From Candidatus Moraniibacteriota bacterium (lineage in GTDB: Bacteria > Patescibacteriota > Minisyncoccia > Moranbacterales > UBA1568), in the NCBI GenBank assembly GCA_023261685.1, contig JAHFOM010000001.1:1-42510 (forward strand): a stretch of 42,510 nt of DNA. Reading direction: 5' to 3'. The translations under genes and the position numbers were made by a program. The notes under the pieces were generated by a model. It ran no database searches, had not been told where the DNA came from, and saw only the letters and a list, made by a program, of their open reading frames with translations. Below are positions 9,679 through 17,949 of the stretch, piece by piece (the first letter of the stretch is position 1; each line of letters begins with the position of its first letter).

Positions 9679-10524
9679 TCATTTCATACAATCTTCTTTG
9701 GTCACTACACGCACATTTTGAATGGCGGCAAAAGCCAAGCTGATTGTTACCAGTCCCGGCGAGATGGGTGCTATTCCGCAGGATACCAATCGGTCGATAG
9801 GGTTATCGACCTTGGTGAAGCGGGACGCCACAATCTTGGTGTCCGGTCGCCCGGAATACACCACGCCGTTAATCACGAAGCGTCCCGGATCAAAAAGTTT
9901 TTCCAACTCGGAAAAAAATTTTTGACCGTTGGGGTCTTTCCTATCCATCCGCACCACTTGCGTGATCCGCGATGGATGTTGTTGGAAAAATCCCGCTGGA
10001 AGCGTTTTGCTCACCGGAAGAATCATCTGTTCACCGTAGACCGTCATCAGCCACGAGGCGTCAAGCGGAATGATAACCAGATTGCTTCCGACAAAGTTTC
10101 CCTCTGAAGGTAAGAGCACAAAGAAACCGCTGAGCGATGGGTTCAGCACCGCATCAAACATTTCTATGAACTCCCCACCATCGGTATAGCGAAGCGCCCG
10201 AAAGACCACTTTCTCCAAGGGCTTCAATGCTTTTTTTTGCTTGCCGTTCTCATCGGTACCGAGAACAACCTCGTAGACACGGTGCGTGTCCACGAACTCC
10301 TCCGACCAATAGGTCGGCACAGGATCCGGTAGCGCGACATACGCCACTGACAAAGCCTGCACTTGCGATATATCCCCTTTCAGGGTCATCGTGTGCCATG
10401 GCTCCTGGCGACCGATGGGTTCTTTGGCAGTTACTTCAAATCCGGCTTTTTTTCCAATGCTTGCACATCCAGAAAGAAGCACGGCAATGAGAAGCAACGG
10501 TACGTACCAATGCTTTCTCTTCAT
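9679..10524 (-). CDS. Hypothetical lipoprotein
   Basis: Start MKRKHWYVPLLLIAVLLSGC (lipobox) after SD GAGGAG. Confidence 0.75.
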   Translation of the reverse strand: MKRKHWYVPLLLIAVLLSGCASIGKKAGFEVTAKEPIGRQEPWHTMTLKGDISQVQALSVAYVALPDPVPTYWSEEFVDTHRVYEVVLGTDENGKQKKALKPLEKVVFRALRYTDGGEFIEMFDAVLNPSLSGFFVLLPSEGNFVGSNLVIIPLDASWLMTVYGEQMILPVSKTLPAGFFQQHPSRITQVVRMDRKDPNGQKFFSELEKLFDPGRFVINGVVYSGRPDTKIVASRFTKVDNPIDRLVSCGIAPISPGLVTISLAFAAIQNVRVVTKEDCMK

Positions 10525-10676
10525 CTTCTTCTCCTCTTTGTAAGTTTTTAAAAAACTCTGAAATTCATGAGAAAGATCAGAAACACTGAACCCTCCTCGG
10601 AAGAAAGGGACTTCCTGCAATCACGCAAGCGCCCCTCTCTTCCGAGGAGGCTTTGCTGTAAAGCCTCACTCTACAC

Positions 10677-11351
10677 TTATACCTCGGTACCAAGAATATC
10701 GTTCAAATGAATGGCGTTTGCATGCATGCTTTTTTTTCGTAAAGCTTCATATCTCAGCGTGATAAAAAATCCACTAAGGAAACACCCGGAAAAAAATCCG
10801 GCGAGAATAACTTTTATCATTTCGACGAACGTCGGGTTTTGCTGATTGATCGGACCGGACATCACGCGGATCTCCACGCTCTTTTCATCACCTCCGCGAA
10901 AGAGTGAGTTTTTTTGTGTCAGCACCTCTGCTATTCCGCTGATGACTCGCGAGGCATCACGTTCACGATCGTTTTTGACGGTGATACTGATAATGCCCAG
11001 TTCCAGATTTTTTTTGACACTGACCATCTTGCTCCACGCCTTGAGACGATCTTTCTTATCAAAAGGCAAAAATTCGCTGTTCACCTTGCCCGTCTCGACA
11101 ACCGTATCGATGAAACGCTCGCTGAAGAGCGCTTCGCTCAGCACCTTGCCCAAATACTCGGATGATTTGAACTGGGTATAAAAATCCTGTCCCCCGGCAT
11201 TCGTTTGAACGATGAGGAAATCCATCTCGGATTGAAACGGCTTTTCTATCATCACCAGCGCGAAAAAACTGATCCCGGCGAGCAGAGTCCCTGAAAGGAG
11301 TATGCTGCCTGCCTTTCCCTTTATGAGGGCAAAAAATTGCTGTATTTCCAT
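10677..11351 (-). CDS. Wzz/CpsC(YveK)-like polysaccharide chain-length determinant
   Basis: Two TM segments flanking an extracytoplasmic loop, 224 aa, Pro before second TM. Confidence 0.65.
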   Translation of the reverse strand: MEIQQFFALIKGKAGSILLSGTLLAGISFFALVMIEKPFQSEMDFLIVQTNAGGQDFYTQFKSSEYLGKVLSEALFSERFIDTVVETGKVNSEFLPFDKKDRLKAWSKMVSVKKNLELGIISITVKNDRERDASRVISGIAEVLTQKNSLFRGGDEKSVEIRVMSGPINQQNPTFVEMIKVILAGFFSGCFLSGFFITLRYEALRKKSMHANAIHLNDILGTEV

Positions 11352-11379
11352 AGGATTCAGTAATAATTTATGACTTCAT

Positions 11380-11408
11380 ATCCTACCAAATAATAAGAAA
11401 AATGTCAA
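11380..11408 (-). promoter_or_regulatory. sigma70 promoter
   Basis: TTGACA-17bp-TAGGAT on minus strand. Confidence 0.6.
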
Positions 11409-11423
11409 GCGCTACCCCATATT

Positions 11424-11451
11424 AAAAATCCCCCGCCAAGAGGGATTTTTT
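11424..11451. terminator. Terminator after rseP
   Basis: AAAAATCCC...GGGATTTTT hairpin. Confidence 0.65.
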
Positions 11452-11474
11452 AGACTGACTTTTCTTGTCCGGCG

Positions 11475-12626
11475 CTAGGAGAACAGTCCGCTGATTTTTT
11501 CGAGCAGGTGAAATGTAGAGAAATCACGCACGGTGATGACGACCATCAGCAATAGGAGCAGCATAAAACCTATCTGATGGATCATTCCTTCGGTTTTCCG
11601 GCGTATCGGCGACCCTTTGAGTTTCTCGATCAGGATGAAGAGGATGCGTCCGCCATCAAGCGCCGGAATCGGCAAGATATTGATGATGGCGAGATTGATA
11701 GAGAGGAGCGCGGCAAATTGGAGAAGATAGGCGATCCCGAGATCGCTCATCTGCTTGGTGAGATAGACGATGCCGACGGGACCAGTCACATCCACCGGCG
11801 CCCCCGTCCCTGCTCCGAACAAGCCGGCAAGCATCGATCCGAAAGCGCCGAGAATTGCCAGCGTGATGTTATAGGTAGCGACCGCTCCCTGATAGATGGA
11901 TTCATACCACGGATACGACACGGTAGCCGTCTCTGAAAAAGAAATCCCGAGACTTCCCTCGTTCGCCGGGTATTCCGTCCGTGGCATACCAGAAAGAACC
12001 ATTTCTTTGCCAAGCCGATTGATACGCATCTCTAGCATCTGTCCTCTGTGATCCGTGATGATCCCACTCACCTGCTCAAGAGTAGTGATCGGTGCCCCGG
12101 CAATGGTCAAAATCTCATCGCCGAGCTGGAGCCCCATCGCTTCGGCAGGCGTGCCTTTCTTGACTTCAAGGATCTGGATCTTGACATCGGAATACGCTGC
12201 CCGCTGACTCGAATCAATCGGCTGTGGCAAACCCAAAGTGAATACCGTGGTGATCAAGAACCACGCAAACAGCATATTCATCACGACACCCGCGCCGAGC
12301 ACCTTGACTCGCACCCATGCTGATTTTCGGGCAAAGCTGTCCAGATCATCATTTTGCCCGTCTTCGCCCTTGATCCGGACAAATCCGCCGAGCGGCAGCC
12401 AATTGAAAGAGTAAATCGTCTCTTTGACCCCGCCATCTTTACTTCCCCAGATGATTTTGTAGCGTCCCGTCTCCACATTCTTCACCACACCGATCAGACG
12501 TGGCGGAAAGCCAAAACCGAATTCATCTACTTTGATACCGTTTCGTCTCGCCGCGACGAAATGCCCGAGCTCGTGGACGAACACCAAGAGACCCAAGAGA
12601 ACAATGAAAATGAGGATTGTAAGCAT
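11475..12626 (-). CDS. rseP: RIP metalloprotease RseP (M50, PDZ)
   Basis: 'HELGH', 'PLGGFVRI', PDZ domain, 'NILPIPALDGG'. Confidence 0.95.
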   Translation of the reverse strand: MLTILIFIVLLGLLVFVHELGHFVAARRNGIKVDEFGFGFPPRLIGVVKNVETGRYKIIWGSKDGGVKETIYSFNWLPLGGFVRIKGEDGQNDDLDSFARKSAWVRVKVLGAGVVMNMLFAWFLITTVFTLGLPQPIDSSQRAAYSDVKIQILEVKKGTPAEAMGLQLGDEILTIAGAPITTLEQVSGIITDHRGQMLEMRINRLGKEMVLSGMPRTEYPANEGSLGISFSETATVSYPWYESIYQGAVATYNITLAILGAFGSMLAGLFGAGTGAPVDVTGPVGIVYLTKQMSDLGIAYLLQFAALLSINLAIINILPIPALDGGRILFILIEKLKGSPIRRKTEGMIHQIGFMLLLLLMVVITVRDFSTFHLLEKISGLFS

Positions 12627-12631
12627 AGAGG

Positions 12632-12722
12632 TAATAAAGGATAATGGATAAGTGATAGAAGATAATTGATAAAAGAGAGAAGTTTTTTATCCTGCATCTT
12701 TTATCATGTATCATGCATCTCT
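12632..12722. repeat. Inverted heptamer-repeat array
   Basis: GGATAAT GGATAAG TGATAGA AGATAAT TGATAAA / TTTATCC TGCATCT TTTATCA TGTATCA TGCATCT. Confidence 0.7.
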
Positions 12723-12724
12723 TC

Positions 12725-13282
12725 TCACACAGTGAGAATCTCTTCCTCTTTCTTTTTGCGGACGGTCTCGAGTTTTTGATTATACTCGTCCACCACCTTC
12801 TGTAGTTCATCCTTACCTAAAAACTTGTCGTCTTCGGCGATAGCGCCCGTCCGCTCCAGTTCCTGAATGTCTTTCCAGATTTCTTCGCGGAGCGTCCGAA
12901 TGACGATTCGACTGTCTTCGAGACGATGATTGAGCAATTTTACCAACTCCTTGCGCCGGTCTTCGGTCAATGCCGGAAGCATAATGCGGATATTCTGCCC
13001 ATCATTACCCGGATTGAGCCCCAAATCGGAATCACGGATGGCCGATTCGATAAACACCAGCCCGCCTTTGTCCCACGGCTGGATGAGAATCTGGCGCGCC
13101 TCAGGAATATTGATGCTCGCAATCTGCTTGAGCGGAGTCTTGACTCCGTAATAGTCCACAAGCAGATTCTCCACCAAACCGGGATTGGCGCGGCCGGTAC
13201 GAATCTTGCTCGCTTCAAGCAGAAAATGCTCCACCGCCTCATCAAAACTTGCTATTTTTTCAGCAATCAACTCTTTTATCAT
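12725..13282 (-). CDS. frr: Ribosome recycling factor
   Basis: 'IRTGRANP', 'DYYG..TPLKQIA', 'LTEDRRKEL'. Confidence 0.97.
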   Translation of the reverse strand: MIKELIAEKIASFDEAVEHFLLEASKIRTGRANPGLVENLLVDYYGVKTPLKQIASINIPEARQILIQPWDKGGLVFIESAIRDSDLGLNPGNDGQNIRIMLPALTEDRRKELVKLLNHRLEDSRIVIRTLREEIWKDIQELERTGAIAEDDKFLGKDELQKVVDEYNQKLETVRKKKEEEILTV

Positions 13283-13333
13283 AGGATATTTCTTAACAAT
13301 AACATTTAACGCACCCTAATAGCCAATATACTC

Positions 13334-14464
13334 CTAAAACTTACGTAACGCGAAGTAGAGTATTTCCCGATGATTCGGGTCATATTCGATGACACTCACG
13401 GTGCGATTGATTTCCAGCTGTGTCGTCGCCCATTTCGTTCCGCCATCGACAGACCGGTAGAAAGCGTTTCCGGAAGCGTAGACGATTTCATCCGAATTGG
13501 CGGGGTTGACAGCTATCGCGCGTACCGGAAATTTCTTCGAACTCTCGATGATATCCAAAGCTTCCCACGTCCTGCCGCTGTCGCGACTGCGGAAGACACC
13601 ATTCTTCGCGCCGGTATAGAGCGTGCCTGGACGAGAAACGTCGCTCGCCAAAGCCGTCATACCATCAGGTTTTTGCGAAAGAGCGTCTTTGGATGATGAA
13701 ACACTTCCCGCGTTCTGTCCCTCATAGATGCTTTCGCTTCTTTCGTTGGGCATTCTTGATGTGTATGTTTCCTCTGCCTCGACGTTCCATGTTTTTCCGC
13801 CGTCCGTTGAGATATTGACTCCCTTATCCAAAACGAGCAAGGCTATTTTTTCCGGCGCGCCTCTTTCAAACAAAATTTTTGTCACCGGTCCCTTGGCCAC
13901 TCCGATATTGTCCCACGTCGCACCGCCGTTGGTACTCTTGATAATCACTCCGGCACTGGTCCCAGCATAGAGCACGTCCGAAATGTCGGGACTCGCCCCG
14001 AGCGCGGTGATGACGGTACCCTTGCCCGGCTCGGTATAGATTTCTTTCCAATTCTTCCCTCCGTCGTCAGAGCGATACATCTTGGCTATGTCATTATACA
14101 CGCCGCTGGCATAGATCTGGTCGCTATTGTCACGACCAAAAGTCAGCCCATAGTTTTTCAGCGGCGGAAACACGAGCGGTTCCCAGCGTTCACCGCCGTC
14201 CGTTGTCTTGAAGAGTCCGCTACTGATGGTGCCGATGTAGATGGTTTCCGGATGACGCGGATCAATGACGAGCGACAGCACATCAGCTGAAGATATTTTC
14301 CGCTGCTCATCAACCGTCACTTTCGGCACGAACGTCGCCCCAGAGTCAAAGGACTTCCAGATACTCCCACCACCAGAAGCTGTCCCCACAGTCGGCAGGT
14401 TGAGACTGCACCCGGACAAGAAGAAAGCCGATACCGAAACCAGAGCTATTTTCCAAAAACGCAT
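13334..14464 (-). CDS. Lipoprotein with BNR/Asp-box beta-propeller repeats
   Basis: Lipobox FLSGC; repeated 'S.DGG..W' Asp-boxes. Confidence 0.85.
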   Translation of the reverse strand: MRFWKIALVSVSAFFLSGCSLNLPTVGTASGGGSIWKSFDSGATFVPKVTVDEQRKISSADVLSLVIDPRHPETIYIGTISSGLFKTTDGGERWEPLVFPPLKNYGLTFGRDNSDQIYASGVYNDIAKMYRSDDGGKNWKEIYTEPGKGTVITALGASPDISDVLYAGTSAGVIIKSTNGGATWDNIGVAKGPVTKILFERGAPEKIALLVLDKGVNISTDGGKTWNVEAEETYTSRMPNERSESIYEGQNAGSVSSSKDALSQKPDGMTALASDVSRPGTLYTGAKNGVFRSRDSGRTWEALDIIESSKKFPVRAIAVNPANSDEIVYASGNAFYRSVDGGTKWATTQLEINRTVSVIEYDPNHREILYFALRKF

Positions 14465-14539
14465 ATTTGTCTCTCAAAAGATATGCTTTTAGTATACCAC
14501 ACCTCTTCATTTTCCCCTTTGGCATTTTTCCCACTGGGG

Positions 14540-14568
14540 TTGACTTTTTCAGAGAAAAGGAGTATAAT
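14540..14568 (+). promoter_or_regulatory. sigma70 promoter
   Basis: TTGACT-17bp-TATAAT. Confidence 0.8.
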
Positions 14569-14609
14569 ATAAGAAAGACTTCTTTAACAACCAATCAGAG
14601 GGGTATAGA

Positions 14610-14960
14610 ATGACGTATGAAATTGATGAAGATCTTCTTAGAGAAGTTCTCTACGAAAAAGAATGGGCGGAAGCTATCATCATCAGCGATGATTCGGCTC
14701 TTAAGCGGATAATAAGTATTGTCGGTCAATGGTGGGAGGAAAACAAAAATAATAAAAAATTAGGGAAGTATGCTTTCCCTCGTAAACTCAACTCCACCGT
14801 ACGTGGCGTGCTCTACCACGCTCCAAGGAAGGCTAAAAACCGGTACAAGGATCTCACAAACGCCTATTTTCAGGCAGAGCTGGCAAACAAAAGGGTTCTG
14901 GAAAAAGCCGCCAGAAAGGTGGAAGAAGAAAAGAGACAACCCTCATTTAACTTTGGATGA
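14610..14960 (+). CDS. Hypothetical basic protein
   Basis: 116-aa ORF with own promoter, SD GAGGG and downstream terminator. Confidence 0.65.
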   Translation: MTYEIDEDLLREVLYEKEWAEAIIISDDSALKRIISIVGQWWEENKNNKKLGKYAFPRKLNSTVRGVLYHAPRKAKNRYKDLTNAYFQAELANKRVLEKAARKVEEEKRQPSFNFG

Positions 14961-14997
14961 TACTATCCACCATCCAAACAGAGATCAAAAATAGAAC

Positions 14998-15029
14998 GCG
15001 CGAGGAAACTTTCTCGCGCTTTTTTCTTT
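14998..15029 (+). terminator. Intrinsic terminator
   Basis: GCGCGAG-loop-CTCGCGC then T-run. Confidence 0.75.
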
Positions 15030-15107
15030 CCTCTTGTTTTCTCAATCAACTATCACTATTTATGCAATTGTGCAAAAAGTGATATGTTGTAAATCACTCC
15101 TCTATTT

Positions 15108-15149
15108 CAAATATTACTTTTCTTGCAATTGCAAGAAAAGTAATATTTG
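15108..15149. repeat. Perfect 42-bp palindrome
   Basis: CAAATATTACTTTTCTTGCAA|TTGCAAGAAAAGTAATATTTG. Confidence 0.95.
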
Positions 15150-15237
15150 GTCAAAAAGAATAAACTTTGAGAAAAGAAAAAGGCCAGAAGCGATATTTCG
15201 CGACTGGCTCTTTTTTTCTTCGTTAGACACGAAATTT

Positions 15238-15594
15238 TTACTCCGTACTTTTTTTGACTTCAGCTTCTACTGCTTCACAGACAACGGGAGTTTTTACGAC
15301 GAATGTTCCCGGTTGCGCCTCGCCATCCACATAGCGGACCTTGAGGTCAACTGTGACTGAGCAGTCCCTGATGCCTTTCAGCGGGATCTGCGACAGATCT
15401 GCTTTTTCAGTAATACTCTTACGAAAGATTGCCTGCGCTCCATATTCTAGAGTAGGAGGTATTAGATACAAGAGCATGCCATATACCATAAGTAGTACCG
15501 GAAACAGAGTGATAGCTTTCTCAAAAAGAGCCCACAAAAAACCACATGTGAAAAGAATAAGCCCCATTAGCAGTAACCATTCAAATACATCCAT
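15238..15594 (-). CDS. Hypothetical membrane protein (2 N-terminal TMs)
   Basis: Start MDVFEWLLL after SD GGAGG; promoter TTGACG-17-TAGTAT at 15670-15698 argues against the longer start. Confidence 0.65.
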   Translation of the reverse strand: MDVFEWLLLMGLILFTCGFLWALFEKAITLFPVLLMVYGMLLYLIPPTLEYGAQAIFRKSITEKADLSQIPLKGIRDCSVTVDLKVRYVDGEAQPGTFVVKTPVVCEAVEAEVKKSTE

Positions 15595-15707
15595 CTTTCC
15601 ATCCTCCGTAAAAGCGTGCCAAGATATGATACCTCGGCTCAAGTTGAAGTTGTTAAGGCACTTCAAATGATACTAGCACAAAACAGCCATCCCGTCAATA
15701 CCCGAAG

Positions 15708-15943
15708 CTTACATTCCATTCTGAAGCACACCCATACTCACCTCAGTTCAGCCACCAAAAGAATTTTTTGGCTATCGTTTCACACTGTGTGAAGAAGGCC
15801 TCTCGGTTCGGAAAAATAAGCTTTTCCGCCATTGATTGGGGGCTGATGTTTCCGGTTAACCGAGAGGTCCTGATGAGTGGTGAAATGGAGACAAAAAATT
15901 ACTTTTGATGGTTGAACCATTGCACTTCAGGATAGGATGTAAG
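15708..15943 (+). repeat. Rod-like palindromic element copy 2 with terminal IR CTTACAT/ATGTAAG
   Basis: Homologous to 7443-7674; terminal inverted repeats intact. Confidence 0.85.
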
Positions 15944-15952
15944 GAGGAAACA

Positions 15953-15981
15953 TTGACTCTTGAAGAAAAATTCATTAGAAT
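15953..15981 (+). promoter_or_regulatory. tRNA-Lys promoter
   Basis: TTGACT-17bp-TAGAAT. Confidence 0.7.
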
Positions 15982-16019
15982 ACGCACTGTTATCCGTTCT
16001 CTCGGATAATGCAAGATAT

Positions 16020-16092
16020 GGGTCGTTAGCTCAGTTGGTAGAGCAGTGGCCTTTTAAGCCAACGGTCGCAGGTTCGAATCCTGCACGACCCA
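16020..16092 (+). tRNA. tRNA-Lys(UUU)
   Basis: Acceptor GGGTCGT/ACGACCC, anticodon loop CTTTTAA, T-loop TTCGAAT; CCA not encoded. Confidence 0.97.
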
Positions 16093-16103
16093 CACAAAAC
16101 TGA

Positions 16104-16133
16104 AAGACTCCCCAGAAGGGAGTTTTTTGTTTT
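16104..16133 (+). terminator. Terminator after tRNA-Lys
   Basis: GACTCCC-loop-GGGAGTT followed by T-run. Confidence 0.75.
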
Positions 16134-16174
16134 ATGCTATACTGTGACCAAGCAACAAAAGAAGGAGTAGAGAA

Positions 16175-16370
16175 ATGCCACACAATCCTTTTGATAACTG
16201 GCTGGGGAAAAATCGGGAACTCTTTATCGATGGCTACTTTGCAAACCGCATGGCAAAGGGCGACCCCCCCTGACAACCGCGAACCACTGAGTCCCCTGCC
16301 AGACATACCTGCCGGAACAAGTATGCGGGTAGAGACGGGATTCCTCGCCGCCCTCCGCGCCGAGGAATAA
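16175..16370 (+). pseudogene. Small ORF possibly frameshifted at a C7 tract
   Basis: TGnTATACT -10, SD AAGGAG, 32-codon ORF stopping directly after C7 (16264-16270); alternative frame open to 16370. Confidence 0.35.
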
Positions 16371-16459
16371 AAAAGCTTCAAAAGAAATGAAGCATAAATA
16401 CTGCTGAGCAAACGCTCACACACTCGCCCCGACATTGCATCGGGGCGAAAATTTTTTCT

Positions 16460-17800
16460 CTATATGACAAGTTTTTCTTTCGGAAAACCAATCAGATCTT
16501 TCCCGACGAATGGGCGCAGGACTTCCGGTACGACCACGCTGCCATCGGCTTGCTGATAATTCTCAAGAATGGCGATGAAAATGCGCGGGCTCGGAAGCGC
16601 GGTATTGTTGAGCATATAGGCATAGTGCTTTTCCCCTGTCTTGGCATCTTTGTATTTCACGTTGAGACGGCGCGATTGCCAGTCGAGAAAATTGGAAGCC
16701 GAGCCAGTTTCGCCATAGCGGTTCATCCCCGGCATCCACGCCTCCAGATCGAACGCCCGGTACTTGCCCGCGCTCATATCCCCCGTGCAGATCTGCAGTT
16801 TGCGATAGGGAAGCCCGAGCTCGCGATGCATTGTTTCAGAGACTGCCAGCATTTCTTCTTGCAGTTTGTTTGCCCCGTCAATATCCGCCGGCGCGATGAT
16901 CACCTGCTCAACTTTCATAAATTCGTGAACGCGGTAGAGCCCTTTGGTATCCTTGCCGTACGAACCGATTTCACTGCGGTAACACGGACTGAAACCGGCC
17001 AGTTTCAACGGCAGATTCTTCTCTTCCAATACTTCTCCCGCATAATATGCGAGTAATGCCGGCTCCGATGTCCCGGCAAGAAATTTCGCCTCTTTGGAAG
17101 CACTGCCATCCGGATTTTTTTCCGCTGTAGCGACCTGATAGATTTCATCGGTTGCACCGTCATATTCCGCTCCCTTGAAATACCCGCTCCCGAATAACGG
17201 GAAGCTTTTCAAGAGCGTGGGCGGAAGCATCAATGTATAGCCCGCTGCCACCATTTTCTGCATCGCATAGAACATCACCCCCATCATCAAAAGCGCCCCG
17301 TCGTTTTTGACATAGTACCCGCGATAGCCGGCTACCTTGGCACCGCGCTCCAGATCAAGGATGTCCAACATTGCGCCGAGCTCGATGTGTGTCCGCGGGG
17401 CAAATGCAAATTGCGGTACCGCTCCGGAATTGAATACCTCGACATTATCCGCCTCATTTTTTCCGAGCGGCGTATCCGGCGACACAATGTTCGGCACCTG
17501 TGCCATCAATAGGTCGTATTCACGCTTCACCGCCGTGAGGAGAGGTTCTTGCTCATCGAGCTTTGTTTTGATTTCCTTCCCCTTGGCGATAATTTCCGCG
17601 CGTTCTTCATCCGTCTTCGCAGTCTGAATGAGATCATTGATGTCGTTTTTGAGCGATTTGAGCTCTTCAATCTCCTGAAGTAAAGCGATGCGCTCCTGAT
17701 CCTTGGCGAGCAATGCCTCCACATCAAAACCCAATCCCTTATCGGTAGCGACCTTGGCTATCACCTCTTTATTGTCTCGGATGAATTGAATATCAAGCAT
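16460..17800 (-). CDS. serS: Serine--tRNA ligase
   Basis: 'MLDIQFIR', 'GTSE', 'CYRSEIGSYGKDTKGLYRVHEF', 'DLEAWMP'. Confidence 0.97.
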   Translation of the reverse strand: MLDIQFIRDNKEVIAKVATDKGLGFDVEALLAKDQERIALLQEIEELKSLKNDINDLIQTAKTDEERAEIIAKGKEIKTKLDEQEPLLTAVKREYDLLMAQVPNIVSPDTPLGKNEADNVEVFNSGAVPQFAFAPRTHIELGAMLDILDLERGAKVAGYRGYYVKNDGALLMMGVMFYAMQKMVAAGYTLMLPPTLLKSFPLFGSGYFKGAEYDGATDEIYQVATAEKNPDGSASKEAKFLAGTSEPALLAYYAGEVLEEKNLPLKLAGFSPCYRSEIGSYGKDTKGLYRVHEFMKVEQVIIAPADIDGANKLQEEMLAVSETMHRELGLPYRKLQICTGDMSAGKYRAFDLEAWMPGMNRYGETGSASNFLDWQSRRLNVKYKDAKTGEKHYAYMLNNTALPSPRIFIAILENYQQADGSVVVPEVLRPFVGKDLIGFPKEKLVI

Positions 17801-17845
17801 AGGTTGTGCTAAAGAATCAGAAATTATAAATCAAGAATCATGATG

Positions 17846-17919
17846 TGGTCGCTGGTGGATTCGAACCACCGACCCCAGCAATGTGAATGCTGTACTCTAA
17901 CCAGCTGAGCTAAGCGACC
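17846..17919 (-). tRNA. tRNA-Val(CAC)
   Basis: Minus strand GGTCGCT...CAGCA TTCACAT TGCTG...GGTGG TTCGAAT CCACC AGCGACCA. Confidence 0.96.
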
Positions 17920-17949
17920 TTATTTTTTCTTTTCTTGATTCCTCATTCA

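Noticed and set aside
16020..16092. tRNA-Lys as prophage/island attachment site
   Set aside because: No duplicated tRNA 3' end and no integrase noticed in the window
16031..16435. 134-aa minus ORF
   Set aside because: Overlaps tRNA-Lys and its terminator antisense; spurious
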